This document shows positions 19,546 through 29,211 of a stretch of 64,000 nt of DNA, piece after piece. Under the pieces are notes generated by a model. That model made no database searches. It was not told where the DNA came from and saw only the letters and a program-made list of their open reading frames with translations. Every line of letters begins with the position of its first letter. The stretch's first letter is position 1. The position numbers were made by a program, and so were the translations under genes. Where the stretch lies: NCBI GenBank assembly GCA_016840095.1, contig JAEOSZ010000031.1:1-64000 (forward strand), in the 5' to 3' direction. Source of the DNA: Candidatus Heimdallarchaeota archaeon (GTDB lineage Archaea; Asgardarchaeota; Heimdallarchaeia; Heimdallarchaeales; Heimdallarchaeaceae).

Positions 19546-20793
19546 GTGTTTATTGTGCATTGGGTAATTGAATCGCTTTATTTGTTCTTAGTGATTGTCT
19601 GTTTTGTTTACTTCTTTGTACTTGTTCAAAACAGTAGAAATGGCTGGCAACTTCTTGAACTGAAGGATGATGAACTGCCAACTGTTTCAATAATCGTTCC
19701 AACATTAGAAGAAGAGAACAACATCCGTAAGTGTTTAGATAGTGTCACCAAACTTGATTATCCAAGCTATGAAGTAATTGTAGTAGATGGAGGATCAAAG
19801 GATAAAACTGTAGAGATTGCAGAATCTTATGGTGTTAAGGTGATTGTAGATGCTAATCTACCAACAGGATGGATAGGAAAATCCTATGGATGCCATGTTG
19901 GTTATACATATGCTTCTGGAGAAGTAATATTGTTCACTGATGCAGATACAAAACACAAACCTGAATCCTTGAGAATCACAGTTTCCCAATTGTTGGGTGC
20001 TGATGTTGCATTATTCTCAATGCTGCCATACTTGGAAGCTGTTAGATTCTATGAATACTTCCCAAGCTATTTATACTTCCTCAGTTTTCTGTGTGGAGGT
20101 CCAAGAGAAGATGTAAATAACAGATACAACAAGGATTCCTTTATTGCATCTGGGCAATATATGCTATTTACTAGAGATGGATATGATGCGTTAGGTGGTC
20201 ACACTGCTATCAGTAGTTCATTGGTTGAAGATGTGGCTCTAGCAAAACTTACAAAAGAGAAAGAACTGGGACTAAGCTATTTTGATGGAACTAGATTAGT
20301 TCAGACTAGGATGTATCCAGATGGTTTTGGTCAATATTTTAGAGCCTTTAGAAGAGCTATTTGGGGTGGAATTGTTACTCTTACTCCTTGGAGAATCTTC
20401 TTTATGATACTATGGCTTGTTTACTTTGTTCTTGCTCCAACATTTATGATAACATCAATTATCAATAGAGGGCCTTATTTCATCTGGTTCAATTATACGA
20501 TTGGAATTTTTATCAATACAGGTTTATACTTAGCTTATGCTGCAACAATATACTTCTACTGGCGAAAGAAAGGTGACTTAAAATGGTACATAGCATTATT
20601 CTTCCCAATTACTCAGATAATCAACTTCGTTGTGATTGGAGTTGCTATTTACTTTGGTTTACGAGGAAAAAGAGTCTCTTGGAAGGGAAGATATTACTCT
20701 ACTCAAGGTACTGAGACTCTTAAGCAGCAAAGCAAAGTTGATCTATCAGAAAAGAAAATCCCTCATTCTAAACGAACTGAAACAATTAAATGA
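19546..20793 (+). CDS. membrane GT2 glycosyltransferase (tandem paralog)
   Basis: Same motif set as the upstream gene with obvious sequence similarity. Confidence 0.88.
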   Translation: MFIVHWVIESLYLFLVIVCFVYFFVLVQNSRNGWQLLELKDDELPTVSIIVPTLEEENNIRKCLDSVTKLDYPSYEVIVVDGGSKDKTVEIAESYGVKVIVDANLPTGWIGKSYGCHVGYTYASGEVILFTDADTKHKPESLRITVSQLLGADVALFSMLPYLEAVRFYEYFPSYLYFLSFLCGGPREDVNNRYNKDSFIASGQYMLFTRDGYDALGGHTAISSSLVEDVALAKLTKEKELGLSYFDGTRLVQTRMYPDGFGQYFRAFRRAIWGGIVTLTPWRIFFMILWLVYFVLAPTFMITSIINRGPYFIWFNYTIGIFINTGLYLAYAATIYFYWRKKGDLKWYIALFFPITQIINFVVIGVAIYFGLRGKRVSWKGRYYSTQGTETLKQQSKVDLSEKKIPHSKRTETIK

Positions 20794-20841
20794 GCAATGT
20801 TTCACCTATAAAATTTTTAAACTGTCTTCATTCTTACATTC

Positions 20842-22332
20842 ATGAAGTTCATTTTGAGTATTGATCAAGGAACAACTGGTACTCGCGCAATGGTTTTCAA
20901 CAAAAACGGCAGTGAAATTTCAAAAGATTATATAGAGCATGAACAGATCTTTCCAAAGCCTGGTTGGGTGGAACATCATCCAACAGAGATTTGGGAAAAA
21001 ACCAGAATTGTTGTGAAGAATACTCTAACCAAAGTAAAATTATCCTCAGAAGATATTGCATCAATTGGAATTACTAACCAAAGAGAAACAGTTGTAGCTT
21101 GGAATACGATTACTGGTTTGCCACTTCATAATGCAATTGTTTGGCAATGTAGAAGAACAGCTGATTTGTGTATAAGGTTGAAAGAAGATGGATACTCTGA
21201 ACTTTTTACTAGTAAAACAGGATTAGTTCTTGATCCTTATTTCTCAGGAACAAAAATTAGATGGCTAATTGATAACTCTACAAAGGTACAAGAAGCATTA
21301 CAACATGGGAATCTTGCTGTTGGAACTATTGATAGCTGGTTAATCTGGAACCTAACAGGTAGGAATATAACTGATTTTTCTAATGCTTCAAGAACACTAT
21401 TGTTTGACATACATAAAGGAGTATGGGATGAAGAACTTCTTGAAATTCTGAAAATTCCTTTACATATATTGGCAGAGGTAAAACCAAGTAGTGATAAAGA
21501 GACTTATGGAACTACAAAAGAAGAACTTTTGGGGACAACAATTCCTGTAGCTGGCAATGCAGGAGATCAGCAAGCTGCTTTGTTTGGTCAAACTTGTTTT
21601 GAAGAAGGCTCAATAAAGAATACATATGGTACAGGTAATTTCATGCTAATGAACACTGGTATGAAACCAGTAAAGTCAGAAAATGGTTTGCTAACTACAA
21701 TTGCATGGAAGATAGATGATGATATCAAGTATGCATTAGAAGGTAGTGTATTTATCACTGGGGCAGTTATTCAGTGGTTAGAAGAAGGTATTGCCATCCT
21801 AGATGACAAATCTGAGCTTGAAAGGATAATGGTTGAACAAAATGATACTGAGGGTGTGTTCTTTGTACCTGCATTTGTGGGTTTAGGTGCTCCCCATTGG
21901 GATCCTTATGCACGTGGGATGATTATCGGTTTAACAAGAGGCACTACCAGAGACCATTTGATACGCGCAGCTATGGAATCAATATGCTATCAATCTGAGG
22001 ACATATTTGACTTGATGAAAAAAGACTCAGGGATACCTATTAACATGGTTCGTGTAGATGGAGGAGTTACAAACAATTCTCCTCTGTTGCAGTTTCAATC
22101 AGATATTTCTAATGTTATAGTACAAAAACCTGTAGTAAATGAAACAACTGCATTAGGTGCAGCTTATCTAGCTGGACTGGCAGTGGAATATTGGACTGAT
22201 TTAGATGATATAAGAAGTAATTTTCAAGTTGAAGAGGAGTTCACTCCTAATATGGAGGAAAATTTGAGGGGATCTATACTAAAGGCTTGGAGAAGAGCTC
22301 TAGAAAGATCTAAAAATTGGAGTGATTTTTAG
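20842..22332 (+). CDS. glpK: glycerol kinase
   Basis: IDQGTT, GITNQRET, WQCRRT, YFSGTK, GDQQAALFGQ, KNTYGTG, DGG. Confidence 0.97.
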   Translation: MKFILSIDQGTTGTRAMVFNKNGSEISKDYIEHEQIFPKPGWVEHHPTEIWEKTRIVVKNTLTKVKLSSEDIASIGITNQRETVVAWNTITGLPLHNAIVWQCRRTADLCIRLKEDGYSELFTSKTGLVLDPYFSGTKIRWLIDNSTKVQEALQHGNLAVGTIDSWLIWNLTGRNITDFSNASRTLLFDIHKGVWDEELLEILKIPLHILAEVKPSSDKETYGTTKEELLGTTIPVAGNAGDQQAALFGQTCFEEGSIKNTYGTGNFMLMNTGMKPVKSENGLLTTIAWKIDDDIKYALEGSVFITGAVIQWLEEGIAILDDKSELERIMVEQNDTEGVFFVPAFVGLGAPHWDPYARGMIIGLTRGTTRDHLIRAAMESICYQSEDIFDLMKKDSGIPINMVRVDGGVTNNSPLLQFQSDISNVIVQKPVVNETTALGAAYLAGLAVEYWTDLDDIRSNFQVEEEFTPNMEENLRGSILKAWRRALERSKNWSDF

Positions 22333-22898
22333 TTAAATATCTTTTCTTTTGGTGTGGCGTGTATCTAATTAAAATATCTGTTGTCTAAATTATGTGTTTT
22401 CCGACAAAAAAAAGTTATTTCAGTATTCCATTATTGGATTAACCTAGTTATCTCTTTAATCTACTAGGCACAATTACGTATCTTTCATATTTTAGTAAAT
22501 TTGTCATAAATTAACAAAATGTTTAGCTTTATAATTTTTCTTTTAAAAGCTACAAACGTATAATTGAACGAACAATTATGAAACTATCATGAACTGTCGT
22601 TATGCGCCTTTAAATGTGTTGATACTATTCATTTATAGCTTCTTCTTATGCTGATTCTCTGATTTATCTTACCTTCACTTATTCTTTCTTAGGTAAATTT
22701 ATACTAGTAACCTCTTGCTGAAATATAGAATCAAATGTATTAGTGACCAAGATACTTTTATCAGAATCAAAAACTTACTATACTTCAACAAATGTTTTTT
22801 TATACTAAATAATATTTCTTTCAATAAAACAACCATTTATTTAATAAACGTAATACAAAACATTTTTTAAGCGTATGAATATAACTCAGTAACGAGTC

Positions 22899-23303
22899 TT
22901 GCGAAAGGGGAAAAAATTGACAACTCTGTACGATTATATTGGGGAAAAAGATAAACAGATGGAAGAGGAAAGGGTGAAGGAAGAGCAATCACATAACGAT
23001 TTTCTAGCAAAAATGAAAAAGCAGAAACGTTTAAACATCAATTTCACAGGATTTGATGGTAAATTATCAGAATTGATAGATGGAATAAGAACAATACCAA
23101 ATTACAATAATCTAAAGGGGTATGTTCGTGAAAATATTCTTCAAGATAACCCAGAGATTTCTTATCAAAAACTATCAAATAAGACTGGAATACATGAAGG
23201 TGTTGCTTTAGTAATTCTTTATGATTTATACAATGATAAATTAGAGGAAGAACTCAAGGATCTTGATGATGAAGATATAGATTTTGACTTTCATTATGAA
23301 TGA
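22899..23303 (+). CDS. hypothetical protein with possible HTH and acidic tail
   Basis: NPEISYQKLSNKTGI resembles an HTH; acidic C-terminus; start may be a later TTG. Confidence 0.55.
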   Translation: MRKGKKLTTLYDYIGEKDKQMEEERVKEEQSHNDFLAKMKKQKRLNINFTGFDGKLSELIDGIRTIPNYNNLKGYVRENILQDNPEISYQKLSNKTGIHEGVALVILYDLYNDKLEEELKDLDDEDIDFDFHYE

Positions 23304-23308
23304 AATTT

Positions 23309-24031
23309 CTAAATACCACGGTTAAGTCTATCACTTAAAAACTTAGGAAGTTCTAATTTTTTCATTTCCTCTTGAACTGGTTTGTGGTTATATTTTAGGT
23401 GCACCATAGTTATACTCAATGGGCTTGTACTCACTATTGCATAGTATGCTCCAGGCTTACCATTACGAGGTTGTCCAACAGAGCCTGGATTCAAGAATTG
23501 ATGCTTTTTATATTTGATCTTAAATGGTATATGCGTATGACCTACCATTAAAACGTCTGTTTTGGTTATTTCAAACGCTTCTTCAAGCATTTCTTTCCAT
23601 TGTTTGTCAGTCTGATTATCCATGTAATCAAAAGTTTTGAAAGGTGATCCGTGAACTAAATAGATGCTTTTGTTATCTCTTTCGATTTCTTTTCTTCTAG
23701 AGAGAGTTGTTAACCATTTTTTGTTTTCAGAACTGATATTTTCCTGAGTCCATTGTATCATAATATATGCATTCGGATTAAAGTAAAAAGATGGTTCATC
23801 ACCAAGCACTCCTGCATCATGATTTCCGAGCATACTAATTGAGCATTCATCTTTAACTAGTGCTATACACTCGTTTGGAAATGGATAATATCCAACTATA
23901 TCTCCTAAACAAATTATCTCATCAATGTTTTTTCTTTTCTGGATGTCCTGTAAAACTGCCTCTAAAGCATAGATGTTCGAATGAATATCTGATATAACTG
24001 CTATTTTTGGCAACTTAAGACCTCCTAACAA
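23309..24031 (-). CDS. metallophosphoesterase (YfcE/MJ0936-like)
   Basis: SDIHSN, GDIVG, GNHD, HGSP, GHTH, NPGSVGQPR. Confidence 0.93.
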   Translation of the reverse strand: MLGGLKLPKIAVISDIHSNIYALEAVLQDIQKRKNIDEIICLGDIVGYYPFPNECIALVKDECSISMLGNHDAGVLGDEPSFYFNPNAYIMIQWTQENISSENKKWLTTLSRRKEIERDNKSIYLVHGSPFKTFDYMDNQTDKQWKEMLEEAFEITKTDVLMVGHTHIPFKIKYKKHQFLNPGSVGQPRNGKPGAYYAIVSTSPLSITMVHLKYNHKPVQEEMKKLELPKFLSDRLNRGI

Positions 24032-24196
24032 GGTATGATTTCTTCGCTTTTTAAATACTACTTAAAGACTTTATCCAAATCTTCTGTAGTGTATCTCTGA
24101 ATGGCATTAGTTAGTTACTTAATATAACTTATGTTGTTGAATGGAATATTTTTGATTAGTAGTAAACCTTTTCAAGAAAGATTACACTTTTTGGTC

Positions 24197-25117
24197 ATGA
24201 GCTTGACCACCAAAATCGGGAGCTTAACTCTAAGAAATCCTATGATACTTGCATCAGGTGTATTAGGAACATCATATTCTACACTAAGAAGATTGTATGA
24301 AGCAGGTTTAGGAGCAGTAGTAACAAAAAGCATTGGGGTTCACCCTACCTCTGGAAATGCTAATCCAAGCATTTTTGCATTGAACGACATTCGGAGTGTT
24401 ATTAGTTCTGTTGGATTTGCAAATCCAGGAATTCAGGTATTTCGGGAAGATTTAGAGATATTATTAGAGAGCTCAGTTCCAACAATTGTTTCAATTTATG
24501 GAAAGAACAAGGAAGAATTCAGCAAAGTTGTAAACGGATTGAAGGATCTTTCAATAAAAGCTTTTGAATTAAATTTTAGCTACTCAAGTACAAGAAAGGA
24601 TGGAGCACAAATAGGAACTGATTCCGATTTAGTTTATGAAATAGTCAAAGAAGTACGTGCAAATACTACACTGCCTTTGTGGGTGAAATTAAGTCCCAAT
24701 GTTAATGAAATAACTGAAATAGCTTCTGCTGCAGTTAAAGGGGGATGTGATGCGTTAGTAGCTGTAAATACTTTGAAAGCTATGGTTATAGATATTCAAG
24801 CTAAAATTCCTATCCTAGGGAATAAAAGAGGTGGTCTTTCAGGAGCAGCTCTAAAGCCAATAGGGGTGAGAGCTGTATATGATCTCTATGAGCAGTTTGA
24901 GAAGGAAATACCAATTATTGGAGTTGGAGGAATTTATAGAGGTGAAGATATCATAGAATACCTTCTGGCTGGTGCAACATCTGTGGAAATTGGAACATCG
25001 CTTGGGGTTGCTTATCCAGAAAATATGATCAAGTTTTTCCAAATGAAAGTCAAGAAGTATATGGAACAAAATGAATTTGTTTCCATTGATGAAATAACAG
25101 GGGGAGCTCACAAATGA
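24197..25117 (+). CDS. pyrD: dihydroorotate dehydrogenase family 1B-like protein lacking the catalytic Cys
   Basis: ASG, VTKS, VKLSPN, NT, GGLSG, GVGGI, IGT; catalytic loop reads ELNFSYSS instead of ELNxSCPN; ATG 24197 preferred. Confidence 0.85.
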   Translation: MSLTTKIGSLTLRNPMILASGVLGTSYSTLRRLYEAGLGAVVTKSIGVHPTSGNANPSIFALNDIRSVISSVGFANPGIQVFREDLEILLESSVPTIVSIYGKNKEEFSKVVNGLKDLSIKAFELNFSYSSTRKDGAQIGTDSDLVYEIVKEVRANTTLPLWVKLSPNVNEITEIASAAVKGGCDALVAVNTLKAMVIDIQAKIPILGNKRGGLSGAALKPIGVRAVYDLYEQFEKEIPIIGVGGIYRGEDIIEYLLAGATSVEIGTSLGVAYPENMIKFFQMKVKKYMEQNEFVSIDEITGGAHK

Positions 25118-25965
25118 CAAAGCAGACAATTCCCAATGATAAACCGTTGATGTGCAAAATTATTGATAAAAAAGAGGAATGTTTTGAAACTTTAACATTT
25201 GAATTACAATTACCAATAAAGGTTCAAGGTGCAAAACCTGGACAATTTATAATGCTCTGGATTCCAGGAGAAGATGAATATCCTGTTGGTATAGCTGGAT
25301 TAAAGGAAAGCATTCTTGAAGTAGGTATAGCTCGAATGGGTCCAGGAACAGAAGCTATGCACAAGAAAGAGATTGGTGATATAGTTGGAATAAGAGGATT
25401 CTATGGAAAACCTTTCACTCCTCCCGATGGGGTAAATCATTTATTAATAGGAGGAGGATTTGGAATGACTCCTCTGAAGTTACTAATTGAAACACTTCTA
25501 GCAAGTGATGAAAAGCAAGTAATTCATGTGTTTGAAGGAGCAAGATCTAAGGAGAGGTTAATGTATCTAGAATGGTTGGAGGAGTTAACTGAACAAGGAA
25601 AAATCACTTTTCATGTTTGCACTGATGATGGTTCCTATGGATATCAGGGTTTTCCAACTGTAGCTTTAGAGAAATTCTTGCAAGAAGTGAACACTCCATC
25701 TGTTATCTATGCTGCAGGTCCTGAAAAAATGATGAAATTCATATTTGGAATTGGAAAGAAATACCCTAAAGTAATAGATATGCAAATGAGCTTAGCTGAT
25801 AGGTATATGAGATGTGGGTTTGGGGCTTGTGCAAACTGTGCTGTTGATCCAACTGGGTGGAGAATATGTGTAGACGGTCCTATATTCAACACTGAGCAAC
25901 TTGAAAAAATAAGTGATTTTGGAGTCTATAAACGACTTGATACTGGAGAGAAGAAAAGGATATAA
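25114..25965 (+). CDS. pyrK: dihydroorotate dehydrogenase electron transfer subunit
   Basis: PGQF, GGGFG, TDDGS, AGPE, MRCGFGACANC...ICVDGP [2Fe-2S] motif; 4-nt overlap with pyrD. Confidence 0.9.
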   Translation: MTKQTIPNDKPLMCKIIDKKEECFETLTFELQLPIKVQGAKPGQFIMLWIPGEDEYPVGIAGLKESILEVGIARMGPGTEAMHKKEIGDIVGIRGFYGKPFTPPDGVNHLLIGGGFGMTPLKLLIETLLASDEKQVIHVFEGARSKERLMYLEWLEELTEQGKITFHVCTDDGSYGYQGFPTVALEKFLQEVNTPSVIYAAGPEKMMKFIFGIGKKYPKVIDMQMSLADRYMRCGFGACANCAVDPTGWRICVDGPIFNTEQLEKISDFGVYKRLDTGEKKRI

Positions 25966-25996
25966 GAAAATTCATTTCAAATCCTTGAATAAACTC

Positions 25997-26776
25997 TTAT
26001 TTGTAAACTTTCAAAATCTCAAGTTCAATATTATTCAACATTTTTTGTTGCTCCAGAGATGATCCAATCCCTGTGAGAACAATTATTTTTACAGGCTCAG
26101 CGATACATTTGATAGCAAGGTCAACAAGAGCTGAAAGAGTCGCTCCAGTTCTAATTACATCTTCAACAATTAGTATTTTTTCTTGCGGATGGATTGATTT
26201 CTCTGAAACTCCTATTGATTCTATCCTTCCTTGAATTGCATTTTGAATATCTGCTGTGATGAAATCATCTACACCTAGTGGTTTATGCTTTCTAGCAATT
26301 ATGCAATCAATATTGAGAATATGTGCTAAAGTCATTGCAAAAGGTACAGCATCCCCTTCTGCAGTTAAAATTTTGCTTATTTCTTTTGGCACCATTTGAT
26401 TGTAAATAACTAAAAATGAAATAGCTTTCAATATTCTTGAATCATCGAGTAAGGAAATAGTGGAAAGTCTTACCTTACCATGTACATCCTTTTCATGTTT
26501 TACAAATTTTCCAATGAGTTTCTTAAGTGATAAGTCGAATTCTGAATCTTGAGTGAGTGCTCTAAGAAGCTCGTCCTTAAGTTTAGATTTAGGGATAGCT
26601 TTACCATAGATATATCTAGAAAGATTAGCTATTGAAACATCTACACCATTTCGTTCAAGTGCTAATCGCATCCTATCATAGGTTTCAAATTGTTTAAATG
26701 CAATTTGAAGAAGGTTCAATGTCATCAGTTTTTCCTGTGCATCGATATAACTGTCTGCTGAGCTCATCTGAAACAA
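25997..26776 (-). CDS. HTH-phosphoribosyltransferase fusion (PurR-like regulator)
   Basis: N-terminal LSRYIYGKAIP HTH; PRPP loop ILIVEDVIRTGATL. Confidence 0.8.
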   Translation of the reverse strand: MFQMSSADSYIDAQEKLMTLNLLQIAFKQFETYDRMRLALERNGVDVSIANLSRYIYGKAIPKSKLKDELLRALTQDSEFDLSLKKLIGKFVKHEKDVHGKVRLSTISLLDDSRILKAISFLVIYNQMVPKEISKILTAEGDAVPFAMTLAHILNIDCIIARKHKPLGVDDFITADIQNAIQGRIESIGVSEKSIHPQEKILIVEDVIRTGATLSALVDLAIKCIAEPVKIIVLTGIGSSLEQQKMLNNIELEILKVYK

Positions 26777-26839
26777 TTCAGAGTTACTACTATATTTTTC
26801 TTGCTATTACATGTTTTCTGCTAAACAAATCGTTAAATA

Positions 26840-27673
26840 TTGTCACAAGAATCAGATTTTATGGATACCTCTTCAAATTCCTTTCTTCAAAGATATCTGA
26901 AGATTGTTTCTCAGAAGAATAGTATCTTGTGTGTAGGTCTTGATCCTGCTTTACCTTCACAAAGAAGCAAGTTTACTATGAAAGATGATGATAGACTTGC
27001 TTTTATGAAGACTGTAATAAAAGATGTAGCCCCACATGCATCAGCAATTAAGATGAACAGACAATTCTTGATTGGTCTTACAGCAGATGAAATAAGATCT
27101 CTGAATATTCTTATTCATCAAAATGATATGCTATCCATAATAGATCACAAGTTAAGTGATATAGATACTTCAAATGAATCAGCTATTTTCTGGTTTAAAG
27201 AAGAAGGATTCGATGCTTTCACTTTTTCTCCTTTTGGTGTAAACATAGAACAAGCTGCTCTTCTTGCTCATCAGAAAAATTTAGGTATAATTGTTCTAAC
27301 AATTCTCTCAAATCCAGAAGCAATCTTCTACAAAATTACACATCTCGAAGAAAATCCTATTTATCTCTACATTGCAGAGAGATGCAGAAAAGCCAAAGTT
27401 GATGGTTTTTGGATTGGAAATGCTGAGCACATTGATTCTAAAGACGTAGGTAGGATTAGAGAACGAATCGGAGATGATGTTATAGCAATGGTTCCATTAT
27501 ATGGAAAGCAACACATTATTGTAAAAAGTGCAATCTTTCATTATAATACTAAATCAATGATTACAGTTTCTGGACAAATTATCTATTCTGAGGATATTGT
27601 AGGTAAAGCAGAAGAATACAAACTGCTCCTAAATAGATTCAGAACTGAAATGGATCAAAGAAGAACAACTTAA
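26840..27673 (+). CDS. pyrF: orotidine 5'-phosphate decarboxylase-like protein (divergent phosphate-binding loops)
   Basis: CVGLDP, DHKLSDI (DxKxxD), SNP. Confidence 0.8.
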   Translation: MSQESDFMDTSSNSFLQRYLKIVSQKNSILCVGLDPALPSQRSKFTMKDDDRLAFMKTVIKDVAPHASAIKMNRQFLIGLTADEIRSLNILIHQNDMLSIIDHKLSDIDTSNESAIFWFKEEGFDAFTFSPFGVNIEQAALLAHQKNLGIIVLTILSNPEAIFYKITHLEENPIYLYIAERCRKAKVDGFWIGNAEHIDSKDVGRIRERIGDDVIAMVPLYGKQHIIVKSAIFHYNTKSMITVSGQIIYSEDIVGKAEEYKLLLNRFRTEMDQRRTT

Positions 27674-27679
27674 ATTGCT

Positions 27680-28261
27680 TTAACTTTGCTGCTCCCAACT
27701 TGTAAAAACCAGTTTTTCGTCCTTCTTTGTTAGAAACCCTCTCAACAATTTTTCCTTATCAAGTTCAGATCTACACATGGGACAGGATTTCTTCTTATCC
27801 AACCAGTCTATGAAATGTTTCACATGTCCTGCATAGTTGCAGTTTGGACATAAAATAACTTTTGTTCGTTCTTGGTCATTTGCTTTGAAGTCTTGTAAAC
27901 ATATAATACACTTTTCTCCAGAAATTGCTTCTTCAACATAGGTTGCCCATTCAGATATTTCAGAAGCTTCTTGAACAATTTCTGTTTGATCCTTATTCTG
28001 AAACTGATTTAAAATATTCAAAACTCGTTGTTTATTAACATAAGACATTGATTGTGAATTATCGACTTTTTGTTCAAGTTTTGATAAAAATTTAGATGTT
28101 TGTAACTTTAATCCACTGAGAGATTTTTGAATGCTGCTAACTACTCTTTCAGAGACATTGAGTTCATTTTGTTCTGTTTCTTCTCGTAAACGTTGTCCAC
28201 AAAAAGAACAAAAGAAGCTAATATCGGGAATTTCCTTATTACAGAAAGGACAGCTTTTAAT
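27680..28261 (-). CDS. Zn-ribbon + coiled coil + RING-variant finger protein (putative E3-like)
   Basis: Track ORF 27680-28048 holds CxxC...CxxC-x4-HxxH...W...CPxC. The frame stays open to 28276 and encodes CPFC...CSFC after ATT 28261, preceded by a GGTG RBS. Confidence 0.75.
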   Translation of the reverse strand: MKSCPFCNKEIPDISFFCSFCGQRLREETEQNELNVSERVVSSIQKSLSGLKLQTSKFLSKLEQKVDNSQSMSYVNKQRVLNILNQFQNKDQTEIVQEASEISEWATYVEEAISGEKCIICLQDFKANDQERTKVILCPNCNYAGHVKHFIDWLDKKKSCPMCRSELDKEKLLRGFLTKKDEKLVFTSWEQQS

Positions 28262-28276
28262 AAAAACACCTTCTAA

Positions 28277-29152
28277 TTATTTTGGAATTTCTTTCTTTTG
28301 TTGACATTGAGGACAGTAGAACCAGCTTCCACCAGATGGAGGATAGTATCTGTACATGCCTAAACCACATGTATCACAAACTTCTGAATGATCTTCAAAC
28401 TCAAGTGCTATTTGTAGGAAATCATGTGTTTCAAAGAAATATTTAGCAAATTTAACTGTTTCAAGGTTTGATTCCACATCTCCTATTTCGATTAAAGAGC
28501 CGTGAATTCTATGAGTTGTAATATAATCAAAAGCTTGACGTGATTTAATTCGACCTTGAGCTAATGGGTTCATAGTTATATAGACATTTTCTGAAGAATT
28601 AACAATCATTTCCAATAAGCTTCTATTCTGAACACCAAATCCTAACATATTGAAAGGAATGAGATAGACTTTGATATCAGGATTTGCTGTAATGAAAAAT
28701 GAAACAGTCCCAATTGGTTCAATACTGAAAATACCTACATTTTGAGTAAATTTAGATACGACTTTGGAATACTTAAGTACAATCTCATTGTCTCTTTGAT
28801 CTGAAATAGAATAATCTAGAAAAATCACAAAAGGTTTAAATTCCAGAGTTTCCAGTAAGGCAGTAATTTTTCCGATATCTTCGAATCGCACAATAAGCAT
28901 TATAGGAAAATTAGCTATTTCTGAATGTAAAGTATTAAGAAAACTAACCATTTCTTCATCATACAGATAGAATAAGCATCCATTAGAACCAGCTTCTTTC
29001 AGTCTTTTTAGGAGGGGGAGAAGTATGTCTTTATTCTTTATAGGAAGTGTTTCAGGAATAGCTTTATACTCAGCATATCTAACGAATCCAGAGACAACAT
29101 CAGGGATAGTATCTTTTAGTTTGTCCAAATCACTCATTAAACTCAAGAACAA
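28277..29152 (-). CDS. hypothetical protein, degenerate aldo/keto-reductase-like barrel with C-terminal Zn ribbon
   Basis: YLIPFN..G and MNPLAQGRI resemble AKR-fold motifs; CDTC...CPQC at the C-terminus. Confidence 0.55.
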   Translation of the reverse strand: MFLSLMSDLDKLKDTIPDVVSGFVRYAEYKAIPETLPIKNKDILLPLLKRLKEAGSNGCLFYLYDEEMVSFLNTLHSEIANFPIMLIVRFEDIGKITALLETLEFKPFVIFLDYSISDQRDNEIVLKYSKVVSKFTQNVGIFSIEPIGTVSFFITANPDIKVYLIPFNMLGFGVQNRSLLEMIVNSSENVYITMNPLAQGRIKSRQAFDYITTHRIHGSLIEIGDVESNLETVKFAKYFFETHDFLQIALEFEDHSEVCDTCGLGMYRYYPPSGGSWFYCPQCQQKKEIPK

Positions 29153-29211
29153 TTACGCATTCTTTATTTAAAATTTATCGCAAGGAAGTTACATTTTTTG
29201 ATGAAAAATCA

